Origin: Mobula hypostoma
Taxonomy: Eukaryota
DNA: 64,000 bases
NCBI RefSeq assembly: GCF_963921235.1
Contig: NC_086097.1
Span: 241,616,001 to 241,680,000, forward strand
Direction: 5' to 3'
This document shows, one piece after another, positions 11,291 through 24,366 of the stretch. The notes beneath the pieces are model-generated. The model did no database searches, was not told the origin of the DNA, and saw only the letters and a program-made list of their open reading frames with translations. Within the stretch, counting starts at the first letter, position 1, and each line of letters opens with the position of its first letter. The position numbers and the translations under genes were made by a program.

Positions 11291-14200
11291 TATTTCTTCA
11301 GCAGTTTGAACGGGGCACGACTGCGCAAGCGTGTGTAGATCAGCCAGTGAGAACAGCGGGAAGAATTTAAAAAGAAGACAGCTTTACAGAGCAGGCACCA
11401 GAGTAGAGGGAGACAGAGTAGGAAGGCTTTGGCTCAACGGGGCTTCAGCGATAACGGGTCAAGGCGAGGTCGGTTATCCGTTTAGAATACAGACAGAAAG
11501 AGCCAGTTTTCTGTGCTCTCTGTCAGATGTGGGAGGTCCTGGAGACTCCCAGCCTCCCAGACGGCCACGTCTACACCAGGTGCATTGAGCTGCAGCTCCT
11601 TAGGGACCGCGTTAGGGAACTGGAGATTCAGCTCGATGACCTTCGTCTGGTCAGGGAGCGTGAGGAGGTGATAGAGAGGAGCTATAGGCAGGTAGTCACA
11701 CCAGGGCCTCGGGAGACAGATAAGTAGGCAACAGTCAGGAGAGGGAAGGGCAGGAGTCAGATACTAGAGAGTACCCCAGTGGCTGGCCCCCTTGACAATA
11801 AGTACTCCTGTTTGAGTACTGTTGGGGGAGACGGCCTACCTGGGGAAAGCAACAGTGGTTGCGCCTCTGGCACAGAGTCTGGCGCTGTGGCTCAGAAGGG
11901 TAGGGAAAGGAAGAGAATGGCAGCAGTGATAGAGGACTCTATAGTTAGGGGGTCAGACAGGCGATTCTGTGGACACAGGAAAGAAACACGGATGGTAGTT
12001 TGCCCTCCCAGGTGCCAGGGTCCGGGATATTTCTGATTTTGTCCACGATATCTTGAAGTGGGAAGGAGAACAGCCAGAGGTCGTGGTACATATTGGTACC
12101 AATGACATAGGCAGGAAAAGGGAGGAGGTCCTGAAAAGCAGACTACAGGGAGACAGGAAGGAAGTTGAGAAGCAGGACCTCAAAGGTAGTAATCTCGTGA
12201 TTACTGCCTGTGCCACGTGACAGTGAGTATAGGAATAGAATGAGGTGGAGGATAAATGCGTGGCTGAGGGATTGGAGCAGGGGGCAGGGATTCAGATTTC
12301 TGGATCATTGGGAGCTCCTTTGGGGCAGGTGTGACCTGTACAAAAATGATGAGTTGCACCTGAATCTGAGGGGGACCAATATCCTGGCGGGGAGGTTTGC
12401 AAAGGCTACTGGGGAGAGTTTAAACTAGAATTGCTGGGGGGTGGGAACCAAACTAAAGAGACGGAGGAAGGCGGTTGGCTCACAGACAGAGAAAGCTTGG
12501 AGACAGTGTGAGAGGGTGGATTGGCAGGTGATAGAGAAGGGACGCACTCAGACTGATGGTTTGAGATGTGTCTATTTCAATGCGAGGAGTATTATGAATA
12601 AAGCAGATGCGCTTAGAGCGTGAATCAGCACTTGGAGCTATGATGTTGTGGCCATTACAGAGACTTGGCTGGTGCAGGGGCAGGAATGGCTACTTCAAGT
12701 GCCAGGCTTTAGGTGTTTCAGAAAGGACAGGGAGGGAGGCAAAAGAGGTGGGGGCATGGCACTGTTGATCAGAGATAGTGTCACGGCTGCAGAAAAGGAG
12801 GAAGTCATGGAGGGGTTGTCTACAGAGTCTCTGTGAGTGGAAGTTAGGAATAGGAAGGGGTTAATAACCCTACTGGGTGTTTTTTATAGACCACCCAATA
12901 GTAACAGGGATATCGAGGAGTAGATAGGGAGACAGATTCTGGAAAGGAGTAATAATAACAGGGTTGTTGTGGTGGGAGATTTTAATTTCCCAAAAATTGA
13001 TTGGCATCTCCCCAGAGTGAGGGGTTTAGATGGGGTGGAGTTTGTTAGGTGTGTTCAGGAAGGTTTCTTGACATGATATAGAAACATAGAAACATAGAAA
13101 ATAGGTGCAGGAGTAGGCCATTCGGCCCTTCGAGCCTGCACCGTCATTTATTATGATCATGGTTGATCATCCAACTCAGAACCCTGCACCAGCCTTCCCT
13201 CCATACCCCCTGACCCCCGTAGCCACAAGGGCCATATCTAACTCCCTCTTAAATATAGCCAATGAACTGGCCTCAACTGTTTCCTGTGGCAGAGAATTCC
13301 ACAGATTCACCACTCTCTGTGTGAAGAAGTTTTTCCTAATCTCGGTCCTAAAAGGCTTCCCCTCTATCCTCAAACTGTGACCCCTCGTTCTGGACTTCCC
13401 CAACATCAGGAACAATCTTCCTGCATCTAGCCTGTCCAATCCCTTTAGGATCTTATACGTTTCAATCAGATCCCCCCTCAATCTTCTAAATTCCAACGAG
13501 TACAAGCCCAATTCATCCAGTCTTTCTTCATATGAAAGTCCTGCCATCCCAGGAATCAATCTGGTGAACCTTCTTTGTACTCCCTCTATGGCAAAGACGT
13601 CTTTCCTCAGATTAGGGGACCAAAACTGCACACAATACTCCAGGTGTGGTCTCACCAAGGCCTTGTACAACTGCAGTAGTACCTCCCTGCTCCTGTACTC
13701 GAATCCTCTCGCTATAAATGCCAGCATACCATTCGCCTTTTTCACCGCCTGCTGTACCTGCATGCCCACTTTCAATGACTGGTATATAATGACACCCAGG
13801 TCTCGTTGCACCTCCCCTTTTCCTAATCGGCCACCATTCAGATAATAATCTGTTTTCCTATTTTTGCCACCAAAGTGGATAACTTCACATTTATCCACAT
13901 TAAATTGCATCTGCCATGAATTTGCCCACTCACTCAACCTATCCAAGTCACCCTGCATCCTCTTAGCATCCTCCTCACTGCTAACACTGCCACCCAGCTT
14001 CGTGTCATCCGCAAACTTGGAGATGCTGCATTTAATTCCCTCATCCAAGTCATTAATATATATTGTAAACAACTGGGGTCCCAGCACTGAGCCTTGCGGT
14101 ACCCCACTCGTCACCACCTGCCATTCTGAAAAGGTCCCGTTATGTAGATAAGCCAACAAGAGGAGAGGCTGTACTTGATCTGATATTGGAAAGTGAACCT

Positions 14201-14538
14201 GGTCGGGTGTCAGGTCTCTCAGTGGGAGAGCATTTTGGAGATTGTGATCACAATTCTATCTCCTTTACCATAGCATTGGAGAGGGATAGGAACAAACAAG
14301 TTAGGGAAATGTTTAATTGGAGTAAGGGGAAATATGAGGCTATCAGGCAGGAACTTGGAAGCATAAATTGGAAACAAATGCTCTCAGGGAAATGTACGGA
14401 AGAAATGTAGCTAATGTTCAGGGGATATTTGTATGGGGTTCTGCATAGGTACATTCCAATGAGACAGGGAAAGGATGGTAGGGTACAGGAACCGTGGTGT
14501 ACAAAGGCTGTTGTAAATCTAGTCAAGAAGAAAAGAAA
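11291..14538 (+). mobile_element. CR1 LINE 5' half (5'UTR, degenerate esterase ORF1, APE endonuclease), interrupted at 13079-14140
   Basis: ORF fragments EDSIVRG / HIGTND / DELHLN (SGNH esterase) and YFNARSI...AITETWL...YRPP...GDFN...DCDHN (APE). Multiple stops and frameshifts. Confidence 0.9.
13079..14140 (-). mobile_element. 5'-truncated young CR1 with uninterrupted RT C-terminal ORF
   Basis: 327-aa ORF with SGVPQGSVLGP and FADD; (TTTCTATG)n tail; host CR1 resumes at 14141. Confidence 0.95.
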
Positions 14539-14539
14539 A

Positions 14540-14942
14540 GCCCCTCCATTTCTCTTTCATCTATGTGCCTATTTAAGAGCTTCTGCAATGTCCCTAATGT
14601 ACCTGCCTCCACCATTACCCCTGGCAGTGTGTTCCCTGCACCTACAACACTTTCCTCTACACTTTCGACAAAACACATTAAAATTATGCCCTCTCAAATT
14701 AACCATTTCTGCCTCGGTAAAAAGGCATTGGCTGTCCACTCTATGTATGCTTCTTATCGTCTTGTACACCTCAATTAAGTCTCCTCTCATCCTCCTTTGC
14801 TTCAAAGAAAAAAGCCCCAGCTCACCCAACCTGTCCTCATAAGATGTGGTCTCTAATCTCGGCAGCATCCTTGTAGATCTCCAATGCACCATTTCTAAAG
14901 CTTCCACATCTTTCCAAAACGAGGCCAGCAGAACTGAATACA
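14540..14942 (-). mobile_element. Degenerate CR1 3' fragment
   Basis: ORF ...LGELGLFSLKQRRMRGDLIEVYK. Confidence 0.8.
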
Positions 14943-16646
14943 ACCCGGGTGATATCTGAGTTTCCCGGGTTGAAATCTTATCTTCACCAATTACATCCGT
15001 GCTCTCCAATAACTCTCACTGCCCTGCTCATCCACATAGTTCTGCAACATTTTACTTTAACTGGAATACATTTAGTTCTTTGTCAGACAGTTATTTCAGA
15101 CTCAATACCATCAAGCAGTGCATTCCAGTTCACAACTCTTAAAAAAAATTCTATTTAACTTCCCTTGTGTTAACTTAGGTCAGTCATCTTAAACCCATTT
15201 GGCGCAAATACAACTTCTTATTGTTGTGATTTGCTCTTATAACTAACACAATTAAAATTGGCCAAATGCTGTTCTCTTGGGCTTAGCTGAATCTATCATG
15301 CAGAAATACAGCCACCGTATGATAAGTCTCCAAGAAAGATAACTGGTCAGGTAACTGCTTGCATATCCGCAAAATCTGAAAGTAAAGTTGCCTGCAGTGG
15401 AGAGCAAGTCACAAACACAAAAGCTTCTGCAGATGCTGGAAATCCAGAGTAACACGCAAAAAATTACTGGAGGAACACAGCGGGTCAGGCAGCATCTGTG
15501 GAAAGTTCAAAGTAAATTTATTATCAATGTACATATATGTCACCATGTTCAGTACAAACCTGAGATTTGTTTTCTTGCGGGCATACTCAATAAATTCAAT
15601 AAGCATAATGGAATCACTGAAAGACTGCACCCAATAGGGAGGACAACCAGCGTGCAAAGGTCAACAAACTGTGCAAGAATAATGAGATGAAGAGTCCTTG
15701 AAAATGAGTCCATAGGTTGTGGGAACAGTTCAGGGGTTGGGTAAGTGGAGCTGAGTGAAGTTATCCCCTTTGGTTCAAGAGCCCAATGGGTGAGAGGTAA
15801 TAAACAGTCGACGTTTTAGGCTGAAACCCTTCATCAGGACGACAGACAAAAGGTTTCACACAAAGCATTGAAAATTTATTCCACCCCATAAATACTGCCT
15901 GACCTGCTGAGTTCATTCATCAGTTTTTGTGTGTGGTGATAGAGAACGCAGTCAAGAGTGGCTATGGGAGCATTTAAGGTAATGAACAGCATATTAATCT
16001 AGATATGCTATTGTTTTAGCATCTTCAATTATTTAGAATTTTATTTAGTTCTATGGGATTTTATTGAAATTAAAAATTCAATTATTATAAAGTGTTCCTA
16101 ATTAATCGAATTTTAATAGGTTTTGAATAATTAGGAACATCAGGAACATTCAGCATAATTAAATGCTCGACAGCTAACAATGCTGAGGTCAGGGCTTGTA
16201 GGTTGTCATTGCTTTTTCAACTATTTTACGGGCAGGGTGTTTTAATTTCCAGGCAAGATGCCATAATATCGTGCAATTCTTTGCCAATATACAAGCCCTT
16301 GCCATTTAGTTTCTGGGCCTTATTTTCCCAACTTGTCAATATCAACAAACTAAAAAAGTACAAGATATTTCTACATGTCAGCAAGAGCAGCTTGCTGTTG
16401 ATGTCATGTTTTGGCCCATCAGCTGTGTTTTTGTTCACCTGCAAATGATGCCAATGTGAGGATTTCCAACATTTTTCAGTCTTGATTTCATTTGTTCATC
16501 ATATGCAGAATTTTGTCTCTGCACTTTACCCATGATGACCACACCAAAGATAAATTTCCTCCTAATATTTCTAAACACAAATGTTTTATGGTGACTATTG
16601 TTGTTGGAGGGGGGAATAGTGAGAGAGAGTAACAAGTAAATAGGAA

Positions 16647-17361
16647 ACACGAGGAATTCTGCAGATGCTGGAAATTCAAGCAACACACATCAAAGTTTCT
16701 GGTGAACGCAGCAGGCCAGGCAGCATCTCTAGGAAGAGGTTCAGTCGATGTTTCCGGCCGAGACCCTTCGTCAGGACTAACTGAAGGAAGAGCTAGTAAG
16801 AAATTTGGAAGTGGGAGGGGGAGGGGGAGATCCAAAATGATAGGAGAAGACAGGAGGGGGAGGGATGGAGCCAAGAGCTGGACAGGTGATTGGCAAAGGG
16901 GATATGAGAGGATCATGGGACAGGAGGCCCAGGGAGAAGGAAAAGGGGGAGGCGGGGGAAATCCAGAGGATGGGCAAGGGGTATAGTCAGAAGGACAGAG
17001 GGAGAAAAAGGAGAGTGAGAGAAAGAATGTGTGTATATAAATAAATAATGGATGGGGTACGAGGGGGAGGTGGGGCATTAGCGGAAGTTAGAGAAGTCAA
17101 TGTTCATGCCAACAGGTTGGAGGCTACCCAGACGGAATATAAGGTGTTGTTCCTCCAACCTGATTGTGGCTTCATCTTTACAGTAGAGGAGGCCGTGGAT
17201 AGACATGTCAGAGTGGGAATGGGATGTGGAATTAAAATGTGTGGCCACTGGGAGATCCTGCTTTCTCTGGCGGACAGAGCATAGGTGTTCAGCAAAACGA
17301 TCTCCCAGTCTGCGTCGGGTCTCGCCAATATATAGAAGGCCACATCGGGAGCACCGGAGCG
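16647..17361 (-). mobile_element. 5'-truncated Penelope-like element (GIY-YIG endonuclease plus terminal repeat)
   Basis: CSRCGLLYIGETRRRLGDRFAEH...HFN...EEQHLIFRLGSLQPVGMN; TSD ATAGGAA at 16640-16646 and 17362-17368. Confidence 0.9.
16743..16778 (-). ncRNA. Minimal type I hammerhead ribozyme motif
   Basis: agtc-CTGACGA-agggtctcggccg-GAAA-catc-gact: core plus stem I (agtc/gact). Confidence 0.65.
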
Positions 17362-17629
17362 ATAGGAATATGGATTTAATGTGGTAACAGGTACCACAGA
17401 CAAAAGTGGAGACAGAATGCAGCAGCGATGACGCCCAAGTTTCAGGAGCTTCACTAATTATGTTATAGTGTGCACCCATTATTGTAGAAATTTCAAATTA
17501 TTGTTAGACCTGTGGATAATCATTTTATTCTGTAATCAGGACCTAGTCTGTCACTTAATTAAGTCTTCCTGTAGCCACCATTCTGTTATCGAAATGTAGT
17601 TTTACTGGTATTCTCTTCAAATGAGAATG

Positions 17630-18378
17630 TAAAATTTACAAAGATGTTGTCTGGACTTGAACACCTGAGTTATAGGGAAAGGTCAGGACATTATTCCCTT
17701 CAATGTAGGAGAATGAGGGGAGATTTGATAGCAGTGTATAAAATTATGATGGGTAAATGCAAGCAGACCTCTTCAACTGAGGATGGGTGAGACTAGAACT
17801 AGAGGTCATGGGTTAAGGGTGAAAGGTTTAAATGTTTAAAGGGAACATGAGAGCAAGGTACAGAACCCTGCAGGCCCACACTTGGCAATTCAGGAACAGC
17901 TTCTTCCCCTCTGCCATCTGATTCCTAAATGGACATTGAACCCATGAACACCACCTCACTACTTGTATTTTAACTTATTTCTGTTTTATGCACTTCTTTT
18001 TTTAACTTGACTATTTATATATATATTCTTGCTGTGATTCAGTTTTCTTTCTCTATATTTATTTATCATGTATTACATTGTACTGCTACCACAAAGTTAA
18101 CAAATTTCACGATATATGCCAGCGATATTAATTCTGTTTCTGATTCTGATCTTGTTCATTCAAAGGGTGGCGGGAATGTTGAAAGAGCTGTCAGCAGAAA
18201 TGGTAAACGTGTGTTCAATTCCAACATTTATGGGAAATTTGGAGAGGTACATGGATAGTAGAGATATGGGGATCTATGGTCACGGTGCAAGTCAATGGGA
18301 ACAGGCAGTTTAAAAGGTTTCGGCATGGCCTAGATGGGTCGAAGGGCCTGTTTCTGTGCTGTAGTGCTCTATGCCTCT
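17630..18378 (+). mobile_element. CR1 3' fragment with nested Rex1-type 3' end (about 17855-18150)
   Basis: CR1 sequence resumes at about 18152 after a Rex1-like 'aggaacagcttcttcccctctgccatc' segment and tail. Confidence 0.65.
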
Positions 18379-19269
18379 AAGAGCTGTACCAAATTCACAC
18401 TCAGGTAGATAAATTTTTAAGAAATCGCCCGTTATTTTGAACACCAACTCTAGGTGATCCCTGGGCTATCATAATAATGTACAAAAGGACTAAACAATAA
18501 ACAATAATTCTGAACTGTAACTAGATTACAATTAATCCTTCGAAAAAATTCTTAAAGCTTTACAGAGATGCTTCTGTTGATGAACAGCTTGCCAGCAAAT
18601 GCCATCTTAACCACCGCTATCAGATAGTTCAGCCGCACTTCTTCTGTGGTAATGTATTCCTGCACAAACTGGTGTGTTTGGGGAGGAAGGCACAAGTGGT
18701 GAAAAGTTAAATGGAAATGCAATCTTATTGAGTTTTTCACTGAAGACAGTGTATATGAGGAATCTGTCCGGAAGAAAGGACTCTGCTCGAAATGTTGACT
18801 GTTTATTCATTTCAATAAATGCCACCTGACCTGCTGAGCTCCTCCAGCCTGATGCATGTTTTGCTCGATGAGAAGTTAGCTCCATCCTAAACAGTGGTCA
18901 GTTCAAACCACGTAAGTTTAAGCTTCTTTAGATTCTTCATCACAAAGTGAGAAGTACATAAATGGCTGGCACTTAAATGATCAAGTCATACCATCTGCTC
19001 TTGTGCAAGGTTAACAATCTCATCATTAAGAAGTAGTTGTATATAAAACTCACACCAAGAGCTTTTGAATATCACACCTTTGAATCCTTTTATAAACCTT
19101 CCCTTTATAAATACGTCATATCTCAAAACATAATGGCTGGCAATCTGAAAATCACTATCACCTAGATCAGGTGTAACAAACCTTTCTGAGAACGTACACT
19201 CAAATTGGCAATAATCTTCTAAAAATTTTTCCTGTGCACCATAAATAATGTTGAACAGAGATTATCATT

Positions 19270-19770
19270 AGTCAAGTCTAGTCAAGTTTATTGTCTTTTA
19301 ACTATAGACAACATTTCTCCAGACCAGGGTGTTAAGCACTGCAGTACGTATAACACACATATAACGTGCAATAACTTGAGAGAGTAAGAATTAAATCTAC
19401 AAGTGAATTACACATAGATAAAGAGACTGAAGTACATAAATTAAATATAGTAAGGTACGGAACAGATTAACCGGTGACATTTCGAATGTGAATGTGGCAG
19501 GGAGTTCAGAAGCCTAATGGACATCCTGACCATTCTTGTCTTTTTGCATCGGAGTCTCCTGCCTGATGCTAGAAAGTCAAAGAGGATGCTGGATGGATGG
19601 GTGGGATCCTGTATTATAATACTAAAAGCCCTGTGTACACAGCTGTCCTGACAAACGTCCCTGATAGACGGTAGGGAGATCTCGATGAACATCTCAGCCA
19701 TTCTCGCAGTTCTTTGCAGGGACTTCTAATCAGATGCCTGGCTGTTCCCATACCAGATGGCGATGCAGAT
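19270..19770 (-). mobile_element. Rex1/Babar-like 3' fragment
   Basis: ORF ...IIQDPTHPSSILFDFLASGRRLR. Confidence 0.7.
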
Positions 19771-20393
19771 GAATTGGTAATAATTATTATTGGTAGTAAT
19801 AATTAGTAATAACATTTAGTAACAATAATTAATTAATTAGTAACAGTAATTATTGACTTTTTAAGGAAAAAGAATGAGTCTTGTGGCTTTTTACATGTAT
19901 TCATTGTTTAACTATTGATTAAAGTATAACAGAAATAAATGAAGCTCTTTAGAAAACCTGCACATTAATCTTTTGAAAAGACAATTGAAAAATAACATCA
20001 TTTCTAAATAGTATTGCACAGGCATGTGACGTCGGGCAGGGAAGCGCGGAAGATTTAAAAGGACAGAAATCCTGCTTCAGGTTTAATTCGAAGAAGGAAG
20101 TCTGAGAATCGGGGCGGGAGTGCGGAGGAAGCCATTTTTGAATTTTTCGGTTTTTTTTCCATCGGCGTTCAGAGAGGCGGGACTGCGCAGGGGTGTGACG
20201 TCGGGCAGTGAAGTGCGGAAGATTTAAAAGGAACAGAACCTCATACAGCGGGCAGCAGAGTTTGCGGGCAGCGGAGTGAGCAGGGCGCGGAGTGAAGGCT
20301 TAAGGGCTTTGGCTCAACGGGCTTAGGCGGAAACGGGCGAGGCGAGGAAGGTTTGGTATTCATTTTTTGTTGTTATTTGAGGAGAGGGGCAGT

Positions 20394-21329
20394 ATGAGTG
20401 TAAGGGCAGTTTGTTGTTCTCGGTGCCGGATGTGGGAGGCCCTGGAGTCTCCAAGCCTCCCGGACGTCGACATCTGCGCGAGGTGCACCGAGATGCAGCT
20501 CCTAAGGGACCGCGTTACGGAACTGGAGCTGCAGCTCGATGACCTTCGTCTGGTCAGGGAGAGTGAGGAGTTGATAGAGAGGAGTTACAGGCAGGTGGTC
20601 ACATCGGGGCCACGGGAGGCAGACCAGTGGGTCACGGTTAGGAGGGGGAAGGGGAAGAGTCAGGTAATAGAGAGTACCCTGGTGGCTGTGCCCTTTAACA
20701 ATAGGTACTCCTGTTTGAGTACTGTTGGGGGGGACAGCTTACCTGGGGGAAGCGACTGTGGCCATGCCTCTGGCACAGAGTCCGGCCCTGTAGCTCAGAA
20801 GAGTAGGGAAAGGAAGAGGAGGGCAGTTGCAATAGGGGACTCGATAGTAAGGGGGTCAGATAGGCAATTCTGTGGACGCAGTCCAGAGACCCGGATGGTA
20901 GTTTGCCTCCCTGGTGCTAGGGTCGGGGATATTTCTGATCGCGTCCAAGATATCCTGAAGTGGGAGGGTGAGGAGTCAGAGGTCGTGGTACATATAGGTA
21001 CCAATGACATAGGTAGGAAAAGGGAAGAGGTCCTGAAAGGAGAATATAGAGAGTTAGGAAGGGAGTTGAGAAAAAGGACCGCAAAGGTAGTAATCTCGGG
21101 ATTACTGCCTGTGCCACGCGACAGTGAGAGTAGGAATGCAATGAGGTGGTGGATAAATGCGTGGCTGAGGGATTGGAGCAGGGGGCAGAGATTCAAGTTT
21201 TTGGATCATTGGGACCTCTTTTGGCACAGGTATGACCTGTTCAAAAAGGACGGGTTACACTTGAATCCTAGGGGGACCAATATCCTGGCAGGGAGATTAG
21301 CGGGGGCTACTGAGGTGACTTTAAACTAG
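20394..21329 (+). CDS. CR1 ORF1p: Cys-rich zinc finger/coiled coil plus SGNH esterase domain, intact
   Basis: CxxC...CxxC, heptad LLRDRVTELELQLDDL, then GDSIVR, HIGTND and DGLHLN blocks. Confidence 0.9.
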   Translation: MSVRAVCCSRCRMWEALESPSLPDVDICARCTEMQLLRDRVTELELQLDDLRLVRESEELIERSYRQVVTSGPREADQWVTVRRGKGKSQVIESTLVAVPFNNRYSCLSTVGGDSLPGGSDCGHASGTESGPVAQKSRERKRRAVAIGDSIVRGSDRQFCGRSPETRMVVCLPGARVGDISDRVQDILKWEGEESEVVVHIGTNDIGRKREEVLKGEYRELGRELRKRTAKVVISGLLPVPRDSESRNAMRWWINAWLRDWSRGQRFKFLDHWDLFWHRYDLFKKDGLHLNPRGTNILAGRLAGATEVTLN

Positions 21330-21430
21330 AATGGTTGGGGGGTGGAAATCAAATTAAAGAGGCTAGGTGAGAGGAGATTAGTTCACAACAGGGGGATGGG
21401 AACAAGTACAGAGAGACAGAGGGGTGTAAA

Positions 21431-24366
21431 ATGAGGGTAGAAGCAAAAAGTACTAAGGAGAAAAGTAAAAGTGGCAGGCTGGCAAATCCAGGGCAAAAAT
21501 CAAAAAGGGCCACTTTTCAACATAATTGTATAAGGGCTAAGAGTGTTGTAAAAGCGAGCCTGAAGGCTTTGTGTGTCAATGCAAGGAGCATTCGTAACAA
21601 GGTAGATGAATTAAAAGTGCAGATTGTTATTAATGAATATGATATAGTTGGAATCACAGAGACATGGCTCCAGTGTGACCAGGGATGGGAGCTCAACATT
21701 CAGGGATATTCAATATTCAGGAGGGATAGACATGAAAGAAAAGGAGGTGGGGTGGCGTTGCTGGTTAAAGAAGAGATTAACACAATAGAAAGGAAGGACA
21801 TAAGCTGGGAGGATGTGGAATCGATACAGGTAGAGCTGCATAACACTAAGGGGCAGAAAACGCTGGTGGGAGTTGTGTACAGGCCACCTAACAGTAGTAG
21901 TGAGGTTGGGGATGGTATTAAACAGGAAATTAGAAATGTGTGCAATAAAGGAACAGCAGTTATAATGGGTGACTTCAATCTACATGTAGATTGGGTGAAC
22001 CAAATTGGTAAAGGTGCAGAGGAAGAGGATTTCTTGGAATGTATGCGGGATGGTTTTTTGAACCAACATGTCGAGGAACCAACTAGAGAGCAGGCTATTC
22101 TGGACTGGGTATTGAGCAATGAGGAAGGGTTAATTAGCAATCTTGTCGTGAGAGGCCCCTTGGGTAAGAGTGACCATAATATGGTGGAATTGTTTATTAA
22201 GATGGAGAGTGACATAGTTAATTCAGAAACAAAGGATCTGAACTTAAAGAAGGGTAACTTTGAAGGTATGAGACGTGAATTAGCTAAGATAGACTGGCAA
22301 ATGACACTTAAAGGGTTGACAGTGGATATACAATGGCAAGCTTTTAAAGATCGCATGGATGAACTACAACAATTGTTCATCCCAGTTTGGCAAAAGAATA
22401 AATCAAGAAAGGTAGTGCACCCGTGGCTGACAAGGGAAATTAGGGATAGTATCAATTCCAAAGAAGATGCATACAAATTAGCCAGAAAAAGTGGCTCACC
22501 TGAGGACTGGGAGAAATTCAGAGTCCAGCAGAGGAGGACAAAGGGCTTATTTAGGAAGGGGAAAAAAGAGTATGAGAGAAAACTGGCAGGGAACATAAAA
22601 ACTGACTGTAAAAGCTTTTATAGATATGTGAAAAGAAAAAGATTGGTTAAGACAAATGTAGGTCCCCTACAGACAGAAACAGGTGAATTGATTATGGGGA
22701 GCAAGGACATGGCAGACCAATTGAATAACTACTTTGGTTCTGTCTTCACTAAGGAGGACATAAATAATCTTCCGGAAATAGTAGGGGACAGAGGGTCCAG
22801 TGAGATGGAGGAACTGAGGGAAATACATGTCAGTAGGGAAGTGGTGTTAGGTAAATTGAAGGGATTAAAGGCAGATAAATCCCCATGGCCAGATGGTCTG
22901 CATCCTAGAGTGCTTAAGGAAGTGGCCCAAGAAATAGTGGATGCATTAGTGATAATTTTTCAAAACCCTTTAGATTCTGGACTATTTCCTGAGGATTGGA
23001 GGGTGGCTAATGTAACCCCACTTTTTAAAAAAGGAGGGAAAGAGAAACTGGGGAATTATAGACCGGTTAGCCTAACGTCGGTGGTGGGGAAACTGCTGGA
23101 GTCAGTTATCAAGGATGTGATAACAGCACATTTGGAAAGCAGTGAAATCATCGGACAAAGTCAGCATGGATTTGTGAAAGGAAAATCATGTCTGACGAAT
23201 CTCATAGAATTTTTTGAGGATGTAACTAGTAGAGTGGATGGGGGAGAACCAGTGGATGTGGTATATTTGGATTTTCAAAAGGCTTTTGACAAGGTCCCAC
23301 ACAGGAGATTAGTGTGCAAACTTAAAGCACACGGTATTGGGGGTAAGGTATTGATGCGGATAGAGAACTGGTTGGCAGACAGGAAGCAAAGAGTGGGAAT
23401 AAACGGGACCTTTTCAGAATAGCAGGCAGTGACTAGTGGGGTACCGCAAGGCTCAGTGCTAGGACCCCAGTTGTTTACAATATATATTAATGACTTAGAT
23501 GAGGGAATTAAATGCAGCATCTCCAAGTTTGCGGATGACACGAAGCTGGGCGGCAGTGTTAGCTGTGAGGAGGATGCTAAGAGGATGCAGGGTGACTTGG
23601 ATAGGTTAGGTGAGTGGGCAAATTCATGGCAGATGCAATTTAACGTAGATAAATTTGAGGTTATCCACTTTGGTGGCAAAAACAGGAAAACAGATTATTA
23701 TCTGAATGGTGGCTGATTAGGAAAAGGGGAGGTGCAACGAGACCTGGGTGTCATTATACACCAGTCATTGACAGTGGGCTTCAGGTACAGCCTGCGGTGA
23801 AAAAGGCGAACGGTATGCTGGTATTCATAGCAAGAGGATTCGAGTACAGGAGCAGGGAGGTACTACTGCAGTTGTACAAGGCCTTGGTGAGACCACACCT
23901 GGAGAATTGTGTGCAGTTTTGGTCCCCTAATCTGAGGAAAGACATCCTTGCCATAGAGGGAGTACAAAGAAGGTTCACCAGATTGATTCCTGGGATGGCA
24001 GGACTTTCATATGATGAAAGATTGGATTGACTAGGCTTATACTCGTTGGAATTTAGAAGATTGAGGGGGGATCTTATTGAAACATATAAAATCCTAAAGG
24101 GATTGGACAGGCTAGATGCAGGAAGATTGTTCCCGATGTTGGGGAAGTCCAGAATGAGGGGTCACAGTTTGAGGATAAAGGGGAAGCCTTTTAGGACCGA
24201 GATGAGGAAAGACTTCTTCACACAGAGAGTGGTGAATCTGTGGAATTCTCTGCCACAGGAAACAGCTGAGGCCAGTTCATTGGCTATATTTAAGAGGGAG
24301 TTAGATATGGCCCTTGTGGCTAAAGGGATCAGAGGTTATGGGGGGAAGGCTGGCACAGGGTTCTGA
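21431..24366 (+). pseudogene. CR1 ORF2 (APE endonuclease + reverse transcriptase), disabled
   Basis: In-frame stops at 23420-22, 23714-16 and 24028-30, and a -1 frameshift near 23780; NARS, GDFN, SDH, YLDFQKAFD and FADD motifs. Confidence 0.95.

Noticed and set aside
14941..14972. 9-bp hairpin caacccggg/cccgggttg at a CR1 junction
   Set aside because: Short; plausible by chance or as a junction repair scar.
21700..22596. 298-aa minus-strand ORF and similar antisense ORFs
   Set aside because: Shadow frames antisense to CR1 ORF2.
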